64,000 nt of DNA. It comes from Blastocystis sp. Blastoise. Lineage: Eukaryota > Protista > Bigyra: Opalinata. The notes under the pieces were generated by a model. The model did no database searches and was not told the DNA's origin. It saw only the letters and a program-made list of their open reading frames with translations. The DNA lies in assembly GCA_039096225.1 (NCBI GenBank), contig JBBPEB010000015.1:1984001-2048000 (forward strand), in the 5' to 3' direction. Below are positions 38,862-55,931 of the stretch, one piece after another (the stretch's first letter is position 1; each line of letters starts with the position of its first letter). The translations under genes and the position numbers were made by a program.

Positions 38862-40139
38862 TGTGATTCAGAAGTAAATAACTATAAAATCGAGTTTGAT
38901 ATGTTATTTATATGTAATGATAGCAATGTTTTCTTTTTGAATAGCAATAAAAAAGAAATAAAAGAGAATTGTTTCTAAAAATTGATTTTTTTGTTTTTAT
39001 AATATTATTAATTAATTTGAAAAATAAAATTATGCAAAAATATTATTTGCTTTCTAGAATCAATACACAATTTGATTTCAACACATATTTTTATATTTTA
39101 AAGCCAATGGTGTCGTTGGATTTATGAAACAGTACTAACAAAATTTCTTATATCCATTTTTGTGTTATCTAGAGGAGTAAGGCACTATACTAAATTGATA
39201 TTAAAGTTCTAATAATGTGAATTTGAGTATTTACTTGCTAATTTCTACTCATTTTGTTCAAAATGATTTATTAATGATAGATAGCATTCATTTCAGTATT
39301 TATAAACTAATGATTATTCAAATTTATGTTTTTTAGATCTTATTTGTCTAAAGTTTTTTCGTTTTTATGAATGACTGATCATCCATATGAATTGTGCTCA
39401 GATAACATCATAGACCGTTATAATATTATTTCTATATTTATATACATGATTTATTTTAGAAAAAAAAAATGTTATAGACATTTACATGCGTTAAATTATT
39501 TACAAGAAAACATTATAAATAAAAAATATCCAATTGAAAAATTGCATCATAATATTAATCATTTTAGAACATACTTGTCTTGTTACAAATAACATATACT
39601 GTTTCAATAAGCATGATAAAGAGCTCCAATAAAATTTTGATTTAGTTTTTCTCATCCTTAAAGCAATATTAAGTAACATATGAATCATTACGATGAGAAT
39701 AAACTTATATATAATAATTTCAATTTCACATATCATTAAATAAAGAGAATAAAGAGAAAAAAAATGAAGAAGCTAGTTTTTGATAATCACCATGATATGA
39801 CGGTAATCATGAATAAATGAGAAAACTCTCCATAATTCCTTGGAGAACCGCAGAATGAAAAATGCAATCGAAAAATAGTGAATAATTTAGAATAATTTCT
39901 TGAAATGAAGGATCACGGCAGAATAATTAATTTATTTCCTAAAGAAACTTATTCAGATAAGTTAATTGTTGTCGCTTCACAAATTCTTTCATATTCGGAT
40001 GTGTCCATTAATATTTGGTTTACCAATTATTTTCTTGTTCTGATCTGGTTCTCCAATGAGATAGAACAACTGTTTTCACCTTCAAAAAATTATTTTTTGT
40101 TTGTTTTTTCACATACAATTATTCATTCATTAAATAGAA

Positions 40140-41293
40140 ATGGTATGTTTATAAGGATATATAATGATGTAATTGTTGTTATTTTGGCTGCTAGACCCGT
40201 TGTTTCCGTTTACTCTATTGCCAGTGAAAAGGTATCTCAATTACCTCTTCCTGAAGTCTTCACTGCTCCTATCCGTACTGATATCATTCACTTCGTTCAC
40301 ACCAACGTTGCTAAGAATCACAGACAACCTTATGCTGTCTTCGCTCGTGCTGGTATGCAACACTCTGCTGAATCTTGGGGTACTGGTAGAGCCGTCGCTC
40401 GTGTTCCTCGTATTTCTGGAGGTGGTACCAACAGAAGCGGACAAGGTGCCTTCGCTAACATGTGTAGAAAGGGTCGTATGTTCGCTCCTACTAAGATCTG
40501 GAGAAGATGGCACAGACATGTCAACGTTAACCAACGTAGATATGCTATTGTTTCTGCTCTTGCTGCTTCTGCCGTTCCTGCTCTTGTTATGGCTCGTGGT
40601 CACAACATCCAAAACGTTCATGAAATTCCTCTTGTCGTTGATTCTGAAGTCACTAAATTCACTAAGACTAAGGAAGCTGCTGCTTTCTTAAAATCTATTG
40701 GTGCTTATGCTGATATTGAAAGAGTTTGCGATACCAAGCACATCCGTGCCGGACAAGGTAAGGCCCGTAATCGTAGATATGTTACCAGAGTCGGTCCTAT
40801 GGTCGTCTATAAAGATGAACACTGTACTAAGGCTTTCCGTAATCTTGCTGGTGTTACTCTCTGTAACGTCAACAGACTTAACATTCTCTCCCTCTGCCCT
40901 GGTGGTCACGTTGGTCGTTTCATCATTTGGACTAAATCTGCTTTTGAAGCTCTTGATTCTCTCTATGGTACTGAATCCAAGAAGGTCGGTTACACTCTTC
41001 CTAAGGGTTTAATGAGCACTGCTGATGTTTCTAGAATCATCAACTCCGTTGAAGTTCAATCTGTTGTTCGTCCCGCTAAGAAGAACGTCAACTATCTTCC
41101 TAAGGTTAATCCTTTAACTAACAAGGAAGCTATGGATAGACTTAATCCTTATGCTGCTGTCTTCAAGGCTGCTGAAACTAAGGCTAATGCTGAAAATAAG
41201 GCTAACAAGAAGGAAAATATGAAGAAGAAGAGAGCTGCTTCTAAGAAACAAGCTGCTGAATCTAGAAAGTATTACAGATCTATGATGGCTTAA
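40140..41293 (+). CDS. RPL4: 60S ribosomal protein L4 (uL4)
   Basis: AARPVVSVY...AESWGTGRAVARVPR...FANMCRKGRMFAPTK. True start is likely ATG 40140 followed by intron 40143-40186. Confidence 0.97.
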
Positions 41294-41527
41294 GTTATTT
41301 AACTTAATCTTAAAGGATTCAATTATAATTTCTTGTTTGAATGAATATATATATTGTTTTGTTTTACTTTATTACATCATAATTATAATTTTTAAAATGC
41401 TATTAAAAAATTATGAACAAAACTTGTTATATTAGAATAGAAAGTAGAAGTAAAAATAACAACAACAAGAATAATACACATAAAAAAATTGTTCAAAATT
41501 AAAAATATATAAAAAAGTATTAATTGT

Positions 41528-42551
41528 TTACTTTCTGCCCTTAGATTTACCACCACCGTTTCTACTTCTTTTTACAGGTTTAAATTCAGGAACATCAGCT
41601 TTAGATCCCTAAAGTTATGAATAGGATAAGATGTAATTAATATAGCAGGTATATATATATATAAATATCTTAATAAATATATAATAATGTTAGTTTAAAA
41701 AAAGAAGAGAACATACCTTTTCTTCAAGAATAGTCTTTAAGTTTTCAGAACCAAGAATATTACTATTAGTAACAGTAGATATTTCATAAGCTCTTTGAAT
41801 TTGTTTACTCTTCTTATTACCGAAAGTATCAACTAACATCTTTCTACGAGTAAAGTGATCAAATGTCTATAGAATAGAGAAGTTAATGAACTATTCATCA
41901 AAGAAAGAAAATATAAATATCTGTGGATAAACAAAATATTAAAAAATACTAATTAATAAATGAAAAATGAAAATCAAAAAGATTAAAAAAAATATATATA
42001 GAGAGTAATATATAGGTATAAAACATAATAATAATATATAATAAAAAAAATATATATATATATACAGATGAAGTATTCTTATCAGGATTAAGTGAAGAAA
42101 CAGTTTGAACAAGCGGAACAATAGCAGAAGCTTTCATACAAGTTATCGAATTCTTCTTCGAATTATAAACTCCAACTAATAATCTAAAAAAAGGATAAGA
42201 AATAAAGAAATAATGACATTATAATCATAAATAAGATTAATAATAGTAAAAGGAAAATGAGAATATGTATATGAATTATGATTTTATGGTATTAACGAAA
42301 ATAATTTTAACATTCTATATAAAAAAAAAATACATTTCATTTGTAGGTTCTTCAGGAGCGACACCATCATATTCCATATTATTTGTTTTAATTTTAATAG
42401 CAACTTGCTTAGGTTCTACATGATTTATGTAAGCAGCACTTTTAGCATCTTCGAATTCTTCAACAGAGGGAATAGAGTTTTGGAATCCAAATAAAAGTGG
42501 TTTCACTGGAGTTTCTGTGTATTTTACTTGTACGTTCATAGCTTTTTCCAT
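41528..42551 (-). CDS. RPA49: RNA polymerase I subunit A49/RPA49 (PAF53)-like, ~188 aa, N-terminal module only
   Basis: Four exons give MEYDG, LLVGVYNSKK and RKMLVDTFGNKKSKQIQ, characteristic of the A49 N-terminal domain and linker; stop at 41528. Confidence 0.65.
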
Positions 42552-43050
42552 TGTAAATGTTTTTCTTATTATACAAGATTGAATAGAAAAAGTATCAAAA
42601 TAGAAATAATCAAAAAGTCCATTATTTTTTTCGGTGATTACCATGAATAAATCGTATTCTACTAGTGTAATTTTAAATTGTTGTTAAGACTGTCTGAAAT
42701 TATTTCAGGCATAATATGAAAAAATTATTATTGATATGAGTGATATGTGTTAATATTACTGTATTACGTATTTTCTTATTATTTTGAATGATTCATGAAA
42801 AAACGATGTGAATACTATTAAAAAAATATGTAATATTTGGTGAATTATAATTATTTTTTTATCAATGTGTGTTTTTACTTATGAATACACAAATAACAAT
42901 GCCCTTAAGATGTTTTAGATCATTTGAAATATATTATAATGTTCATTTATTTTTATATGAGTTAAAAAAATAAAATGGGTTTATGAACAATTAAACAATA
43001 TTTGAATAACAGATAGTACGAACATATTAGTGAAATTCTTTAAGAAATGA

Positions 43051-44855
43051 TTATTCATTATTGTTTGTATCAGAACTTTCATTTTCCTTGTTACGTTTTC
43101 TTGAAGGTAATCCTTTAGAAATGGCTTCATCCCAATCATTTGAAGATTGAAATAAATGTAATATTTCAAACATATTATTAACAGTTAAAACTCTCGCTGT
43201 AGATAATTGTTCAATAGCCTGTAGTGGAAGACTATATATATTAATTTAGAAATTATATTATGTATATTTTATAAAGAAATTGTAATATATTATTTTATAA
43301 AGAAATTGTAATGTATTATTTTATAAAGAAATTGTAATGTATTATTTTATAAAAAAATTATTAGCTATATATATTATAATGTGAGATAAGTATATATATA
43401 TATTATAATGTGAGATAAGTATATATATATATATACCGAACAGTTTCAATTCCCAATTGTTCAGCTTTCTCTAAAGTCAAATGAGGGTATCGATTACGAT
43501 CTACTATTCCTCCTATTATATATACCTATATATAATAATAATAATTAATATTATATACTATATATATAATTAAAATATAATAAATATAAAATAAAAATAA
43601 ATAAAAATTTAATAAAAAAAAAAAAAAATTAAATTATAATAAAATTATAGTAAAAAATATACTTTATCTTTTTCAAAATGATCTAGATCTTTATTGGAAT
43701 CCGCTGTGAAATATACTATTTTTTCTTTTGGATAAATCTCTTCAAAAGGACGTGAATCAAAAGTCATCTATATATATATATATAATACATTATTTAATAT
43801 GATAAAATTAAAAAAAAAAAGAAATATCTTTAAAAAATAAAATACTATTCATACTAATAATATGATATATATAGAGTAATAAATCATTTTAAATGAATAC
43901 TTTCCATGAATCAAACCCGCCAATATGTGTCAATTTATCTTTCAATTTACCATCAAAACTGGATATCATTATTCTATAATGTATTATATATATATATTTC
44001 TAATTAATAATTATAAAAAAAAAAAGCAATAAATAAATAAAAACATTTTTAAATATCTTTGATAAAATAGGTTACACGTTATAATATATATACTGGAATG
44101 GTTGATCTTTTTTACGATTCAATCCATAAGTAAACCTAGATAAATTAATAGACATATATATATATCATTCTCATGAATATATGTATAATAATAATAATGA
44201 CTCTATATATACATGATTTGTTGACATAAGCTTGTGATTTCACCTTCTTCCATTAAATGTTCGAAACTACAATCAATAACGAACTGACGACCTTCTTTCA
44301 ATCGTTCTTCCCATACTTGATGCCATTGCTTTTTATTCATTAATCTATCTTCCTCTTTGAATTCTATATATCATTTAGATAACGAATATAATAATTATAA
44401 TTTATATAATAATTATAATAAATATAATAAATATAATATATATAATAATTATAATTTATATAATAATTATAATATATATAATAAATATAATAAATATAAT
44501 ATATATAATATATATAATAAATATAATAAATATAATAAATATAATAAAAATAGAATAATTAAATATATAATAAATATAATAAATATAAATAAAATAAACA
44601 TATATATATACTTCTTTCTGAAGTTTGAGGATCATTTGACTTTTGTTCAGCTATTCTCAATTTTTTTTGTTCCTTCTTTTGCTTTTTCTTTTCTACCCAA
44701 TGTTCTTTCAGTTTTTCTTGCTTTATCTGCTTCTTATACTGACTTTTTGATATTGGATTACCTTCTTTATCAAAGAATTCAGTCTGTTTGGGTAGTTTCT
44801 GATGCTCAACCTCCTTCTCAGAGTCATCCTTAATGTTCTGTTGGCAATCACTCAT
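43051..44855 (-). CDS. TRMT10: tRNA m1G9 methyltransferase Trm10
   Basis: ISKSQYKK, VIDCSFEHLM, IVYFTADS, YIIGGIVDRNR, RLPL, VLTVN and GLPSRK motifs. Confidence 0.93.
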
Positions 44856-45029
44856 TGTCTTAATTGTTTTTAATAGAATAGACTTCAAAAAAACATTTTG
44901 TTCTTGGGAGGATACAAAATACTTTCTACCTTATACAAAAAGATTCTTTTGCCTCTAAAACAGCTCAAAAATAGCGAGAACAACTGAAAACCATATTATT
45001 AAAGACTTTCTTCCTTATGTACCAAACTA

Positions 45030-46919
45030 ATGGTTTCCCCCTATACAAAACAATTTCTTTTGTTATTATCATATTTGTGTTTGTTTAAAAGTTTTGCCAT
45101 TGCAGATAGAATGGTCGAAAACTTTCCATTAGTCTTCATCTCTTTCTGTCTCGTCATTTATATGATGTATTTTCTGTTTCATCTAGCACCACTTCTAATC
45201 GGTATTGAAAAGTCAAATGAAGTTAATCGTTCTTTGCTTTCAAGATATTACATTCATGAAAGGTCTTCTATCAGAAGAGATTCAATTCTTAAATCTATGT
45301 CCAAACCTGTATTAAAGAAACCAACTCCAGCTCCTGTAGATTATTTTGTTCTGAAAAGAAATTCTACAAATCATTCACATTTATATTATCTATCTCTCCT
45401 ATATAAAAAAATAAATCCTTCTATTGATTTAATGGCAGATGTGGAACAAATGAAAAAAGAAGAAAAAGAAATAATGAAAGATAAGATAGATACAATATTA
45501 GATCCTGATGTTTGCTATGATGATGGACGAACTTTTGTGAATCGAACAAAATTTTTAGGAGCAATTGATTTTAATAAGCCAATGTTGGTCGATGCATTCT
45601 CGAATGAATACAACAATACATTGACTGTAACAATAATGTTTAATTTGAAGTCAATGTTTAATACGACGGATCGTCTTAGTTGGTTTCGATCAAATTGGAC
45701 TTGTCTTTTCAAAAATCCTTATGATGGAAAAGAATATCGTGTTTATGATAGTGAACCAGATAGAAGAGAGATTTTCTTATATAACAAAATAGTAAAGTGT
45801 TCATTTCCTTTTTATAAAGAATGGAATGAATTACCTTTGTCTATATCTATTTCAAATGAACAAAGACACCATGTTTGGAAGGATGTCTCTTTTTGTCGTT
45901 ATCCAGAAAGAAAGCAATATCAGTATTTCTTAGCTTCTTGTACAATGATTCAACATAATGAACTTCATGAAGTATTACGTTGGTTAGCTTATAAGAAATA
46001 TCAAGGATTTGAACATGTTACTATATATGCAAATGATGATCCTCGTCGTTATTATTATATATTACATGCATATATAGAAGAAGGGTATATTGATATTATT
46101 GACTGGAATATTCCTCAAAGAATGGCTTTTAGTTCACAAGAAAGTCAATTAGCAGATTGTGTTCATCGTTATAAGGGAAGATCCAAATATTTATCTTTAG
46201 AAGATATTGATGAATATTTCCAACCTATGATGAAAGACAAGAAAGTTGTCGATATTATAAGGCAATATGATAGAATGGAGAAAAAAATTGCTATTTTTCA
46301 TGTATATATATATTGTTTTTATATACATATATATTATGGTATTTTTATTATTCGTATTTTGAATTATCTTTTTAAAAATAATATTATATATATATATCCT
46401 TTTAATATTTTTTGCCATCTACAATAACATTGATTCTATCTTTTTTTAACGATTTATATATGTTTTTTATATAATAAATTATTATTTTCAATAATCTAGT
46501 ATATTAATAATAATGCATATTCTATAATACACTATTATTGTCTTTACTCAAGTATTCATAATAATAATATTTGTATATTATCATTATAGATTCGAAATTG
46601 GTTCTTTAGACCTCAGGTATGGACAGATTATAGTCGATATACATTCTATAAAGAGAATTGGCCTTTTGATTATTTTACATATAGTGCCATTCAAGAAACT
46701 TCTGTAAATCGTGAAAAAATGATATTAAAACCAGATGAAGTATGGTCTTTAACTCCTCATAAATCTTTATTTAATGTACCTACTCGTGTTTTAAATCCAA
46801 AAAATGAAATGAGAACTGCTCATTATAAATGGTTTTATAATGAACAAAATTTTGAAGAAGATGATTCTATGAGTATGTATAAATCTATTTTAGATGAAGA
46901 ATATCGTCAACATTTATAA
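45030..46919 (+). CDS. Glycosyltransferase family 92 (DUF23)-like membrane protein
   Basis: N-terminal hydrophobic segments; LASCT...WLAYKKYQGFEHVTIY...QLADCVHRYKGRSKYLSLEDIDEYF (DxD); one intron at about 46302-46589. Confidence 0.8.
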
Positions 46920-47308
46920 ACTTTGATAACTATACTGAAAACATAAATAGCATCTCATCACTATTCTTTATCGAAATGTTTCTGTTATTATTATTTAGTT
47001 GTTCGTCTTTTTTTTATATTTCTTTTCAGAAATCTATTTATTTCTCTTTTAGTCATTGAAATTTCATTTTTTTCAATATTTTCTAAAATTCTATTGATGT
47101 ATTCGTTATTTATTACACATATGTTAAGAATTTTAAACCCATTTTCCACCATTTGTTTTTTTTTATTTGAAAAACACATTCAAATGCTCACTCAGTAATT
47201 CTACTATATTCTCTATTAATAAATTATATAATTAATTGCATCAATACAATTATATATATATTTTTAGTATTTTTTTATTACCATTTCATTTTAAATTTAC
47301 GTAGAACC

Positions 47309-50300
47309 ATGCAACAAATTAACGAATCCATTAAGAAATTAGGAGGAGAACTTTTCTTATATAATAATCCAAAGCAAGATGAAGTTACGGAGGATATTCA
47401 AGATTTATGTCCAGTCACTTTGTCATTTAACTATGTTAAGGTATCTGGAGAACTCTTTAGTGCATTGGAGCTCATTCTCAGCAAAATTTCTAAAGAATTT
47501 ATATTCCAAATAGATCTGTCATGTATACGCTATATCTTTATAATAATAATACATTACTTTTTTCAGATACATCATTAAATGACGCCATTGTTAATAAATT
47601 GTGTACTGTCTTATCTCTGGATTGTATGAAAAACTTAGAAGTGTTGAACTTATCAAGTATGAAAAGATTTCTGAATTATATATGTTTATTTTAATAGGTA
47701 ATGATGTTTCTCTTGATTTTGCAAAACAATTATGCTTTCTATTTGAGCAACATAAATTAAAAAACATCAAATATATAAATCTCCAAGGTATATTTGCAGA
47801 TATATATAATATTTAAATATTATTTAATAGATTCTCATCTTTCTGATGATACCGTTATTTATATATTAAATATATTAATGAAGAATACTTGTCCTTATTT
47901 GGAAGTAATAGACTTTGGAAGTATGCTATAGATATATAGTTTAGATTATTGTAAATAATACGATTATATATATATATAGGAAATGAGTTAGGTAAGAATT
48001 GTTGGCCTCGTTATTCCTTGTTTTTAGAAAGTGAGTGTTGTCCTCAATTAAATACTATTGGATTATCATGTATATATATAGTATTATAATTAGGATTATT
48101 ATGTATGCTATAATATGATTATAATAATTATTGTGATGACTATAATTGTTTTAATTATAATAATTATTATGATTTTAAGTATAATAATAATACTTATGAT
48201 AATAATAAAATATATAGTTAATAATTTGGAGGAAGAAGGTATTAAAACGATATGTAATGGTCTGATACATAGAAAGAATAAAACTATACAGAAAATAGAT
48301 TTCAGAAGTATATTATACTATAGTTGATATTCATTTTGAATGAGTAATATTATTATGGCCATTCATATTTGATATCAGGCATATTTTCATATATAAGTTT
48401 TTTATGCATTATTCTTATTTTATTTCTTATGCTAGTTATTGTTACTAATTATCTTTGTGTGTCTATATTTACATTGTTATTAATATTATCATCATTATTA
48501 TTAAGTTATTATTAAATAATTCCTATTTCGATTATTATTATGATTATTATAACAATCACAATTCTTACATTTATGATCTATTCTACTCTCTATTATGTCT
48601 ATACTTATTGCCTAGGCTGTCATATTGGTAAAAATGGGTGTAAAACATTAGCTCATGTGTTTGAAAGTGACTCTATTCCATTATTAAAAGAACTTAATTT
48701 GGCATGTATATACTTATTTATACTCTTTTTAATCTATATTATAATTATATATTATATAAAATTGTTTGTATTTCGTATTCCTCTTATGTTTTATATATTA
48801 TATATTTATATAAAGTTAATAATATGGAAACAGAAGGATGGGAATATATATATAAATGCATTTTTAATCATAAACTACCTCTTTTAGAGAAACTTGATCT
48901 TGGAGGTATATATATTTATATAGATTTTAAATATCAACTTCTATTATAGTTATATTATATAAATCATTATGATATATTAATATTTCTTTTTCATTGTAGA
49001 TAATTCGTTAGGTTTGATTGGGTGCACCTTATTATGTTCAGCCATTAGTCATAATCATTTACCAAGTATCACAAATCTTCATCTTCGACGTATATATATA
49101 TATATATAGTATATGTATATATTATTATTCTTTTCTATTCAGTTATATATATATAAATATATATATATAGTATATGTATATATTATTATGTCTTTTCTAT
49201 TCAGTTATATATATATAAATATATATATAGTATATGTATATATTATTATGTCTTTTCTATTCAGTTATATATATATGTATAGGAAATGATTTTCCTGAAG
49301 ATGCAGGCTTAGAATTTTTTAAAGCATTTATTTCTGGGAATATGCCACTTTTGAAAGTATTAGATCTTGATTGTATATATATATATATATATATATATTA
49401 TTATTATTATTATTATTATATATATTATTTATTCATAATTCAATTATAATATATATATATATATATATATTGAACAATAATAATAGTATATACATGATTA
49501 ATTATATTATTATATATTATATATATAGGGAATCAACTTGGTCCTAAAGGTATTGAATCTCTCTGTGATGCATTTGAAGCAATAAATCCATTACATCTAT
49601 CAACTCTATATTTATCACGTATACTCACTACTATTATATTTTATAATAAATCTTACTGTCAGTTATCATATAGAATTATTACTGTTTTTTATGTAATAAT
49701 AATTATTCTTTCTATTCTATACTATTATTGTCTGATTTGAATGATATATATATGAATAATATATATATATAGATAATAGAATTGAAGATGAAGGGTTTAT
49801 TCGATTATGTGAATGCTATCATAAAAATAATTCATTTTCTGTCTCTAATCTTAATGTTAGCAGTATTCTATATAATTATTATTATATTATTAATATATAA
49901 TTATTATATAATAATATATATGTATTATGACTATTTCTTCTTAATCTATAGATAATAATATTACAGTTAAAGGAATGAAGGCATTCAATGAAATCTGTAT
50001 TTATGAAAATGTTTATAATCTCTCAACATTACTTTTATCAAGTATATATATCTATATATATATTATAACATTACTATATATATATTAATATTTTATAACA
50101 TTACTATATATATATAGATAATTCGATTGAAAAAGATGGATGTTCTTATTTGACTGATGGATTATTTATGGGGAAATTCGATAAATTGTCGTTACTTAAT
50201 ATTTCTAGTAATTATTATACTTATATAAATATTATTATTAATGTATATAATTATATAAAGAAAGTAATTTTCATATTTAAATTATCTATTTATGTATATA

Positions 50301-50537
50301 TAGATAATAAAATAGGAATTGAAGGATGTATGTATTTATGCAAACATCTTGAAGATGGTCTGTGTAAAAACCTCAAATCACTCGTTTTAACAAGTATATA
50401 TAATATATTATTTATCTTTGTTTAAAAAAAAAATCTATATATATATATATTTGTGTTTAGATAATGATACAAAAGAACATCTCAAATCATTTATTGGATA
50501 CTACAAAGACAATTTAAAAACACATATTGCTTTCTAA
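47309..50537 (+). CDS. RNI-like leucine-rich repeat protein, one 30-aa repeat per exon
   Basis: 16 exons, 14 of them exactly 90 nt and phase 1; repeats of the form N-x-I/L-G-x-x-G...L-x-x-L-x-L. Confidence 0.88.
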
Positions 50538-51126
50538 GTGTTTTTTTTAAAATAATATCTCTATTATATTCAATTATTTCTAGCTGTTATTGTTAATCTT
50601 GTTTTTATCCGTATTCTTTTCATTTCAATATTGTAATTTGAGTCTATTCATATTCTTTGGAATCCTAGTTTCGTTTTAATATCGTATTCACTTAAATACT
50701 TGGATAGATTTATTACTTTCACGATATGATCTTATCAAAATAACTCTAAAATACCTTAAGCATGATCTAAATATTATTTAAAACCATTACAACTCAATAA
50801 GAGTTTAATAACAACTTAATATTCTACTATCCTTTTTGAATTAATTATAGAAATAAAATAAAATTCTTTAGTTTACTTTGAATAATTTTTTTCACTTGAT
50901 AACAAACTTGTTTATAATTAATTTTGAACTATATTCAATTCAATACTTGAAAAGATCTTCAAAGATAGCATTTCTCTTTTTTTGTGTTTTCAGCAGGAAA
51001 AAGACCTGTTGAATCAGGGAATGTGTTTTATCAGTCTGTAAATGATTTTTTGTTGTTTTTCTCTGCGTTTAACAACTAGTCAATACATTTTAAAAATTTA
51101 TATATTATATAAAGAAAAGATACAGA

Positions 51127-52240
51127 ATGTCAATGATTTCATTTAAAGGGAAAGTAGTTGTTGTTGGTAATGTATCAGTGGGAAAAACATCTATAGCTGC
51201 AAGATTCTACGAAAATAAGTTCAATAAGAATAGTATACCAAGCGTTGGAGGTATATTTCTGAAAATCTTCTAATTATTAATCAATTTTTTTTTTATTATT
51301 TATAGTCTCTTATTTTTCACAATCTGTAAGTGTTGATGATCGTATCAATGTGAAATATTGTATATGGGATACTGCTGGTCAAGAAAGGTATAGAGCTATC
51401 AATCAGTTATATTATAGAGGATCTGGAGCAGCAATTATAGTTTACGATATCACAGATGCTGTATATTCTTTATTATCATTGTTACACTTTTTATAAATTT
51501 TAATGTTATTATTTTTATAATTTTAAATATAGAATTCATTTTTGGCAGTAAAAGAATATTGGATTAATAGTGTTCGTAAAATAGCTGGAGATGATATCAG
51601 TATTTATATATAAAGTTATTTTTGATTATTAATTGATTATTCAATCAATATGTAGAAATCATATAGTTTATTCATATATATATATATATTATTATTTATT
51701 TATAGTTATTGTTTTAGTTGGAAATAAGTGTGATTCTATTGCAAATAGAGCCGTATTAAAAGAAGTATATGAATTTATATATAAATTGCTTCTATATCTA
51801 TATATCGATTTTTGTTAATAATCTTTCTTATAGGAAGCAGAATCTGTTGCTTCACAATCAGATATATTATTCTTCGAATGTTCGGCGAAGACAGGAGAGG
51901 GAATTCAAGAAATATTTCAAGCCATAGGTATTTATATATAGATTAATATATATAGTGTTTTGACCGTTACTTTATTCATATATATATTTATGTATAACAT
52001 TATATTTATTTCATTTTAATAAAGTTAATTAATTATTATATATATATATATAGCAAAAACAGTATTAACAAGGTTTACAGAACAAAAGAATATTGAAGGA
52101 TTCACATTATGCCAATTAGAAGTTAAACCAAAAACTATGTATATTTATATAATTTTTATTATAAACAATAGTTTTATATATTTCTTATATATATATGTAG
52201 AACAATAGAATCTAATAAAAAAACAAAAAAATGCTGTTAA
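51127..52240 (+). CDS. Rab GTPase (Rab5/21/22-like)
   Basis: [37 protein letters not shown] and ECSAKTG motifs; C-terminal CC. Confidence 0.93.
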
Positions 52241-52888
52241 AAAATCATCTTTTATATTTTTCATATTTTATTTAAATAATTATTAATCCTCTTTTATATG
52301 TTGTGTATTATTTCATTTCATATATATCTCTCTCCATTTCTATCATGGGTTTCATGACTTGCATTATTATCTTTTGTTTCTCGTAAATATCGCATTCACT
52401 TTCATTGTTTTTGTAATCTTTCTATATATTTTATTTTGTATATCTATATGTAATATAACTGTCATATAAATTGTTTTGTTTTGAAAGTAATCAAGGTGAT
52501 TCTATCATTATTTTATGTAATTTAATATATATTTGTGAATTGCCATATATTTGCTATTTTAAAGATTAAATATATTACTACTTGAATGCTCAGTAGAACT
52601 ATTTTCTATACTATTATTAATATACATAATGAACTACATTTTTGTATATAGAACTAAAAGCATAATTATATATATATATTTACATTAAACAACAACAACT
52701 AGAAACATATAATGAGTAAATATCAACTGAAATGAAAGACATAAACTATTTTCAAAGCATGAAATATATATATCATGAAAACAAATAATAATAAAAATGT
52801 ATAGAAGAATACTTTACGAAAAATAATAATATTAAAAGAAGGAAAACATGATATATACAATATATACCCATTATTTATAAATATCAAC

Positions 52889-55931
<3,043 letters not shown>

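Noticed and set aside
39905-40139. N-terminal extension of the RPL4 ORF
   Set aside because: Chance open frame through promoter and intron; conserved protein begins MAARP.
49100-49280. ~62-bp triplication in an LRR-gene intron
   Set aside because: Ordinary local slippage duplication with no coding or terminal-repeat features.
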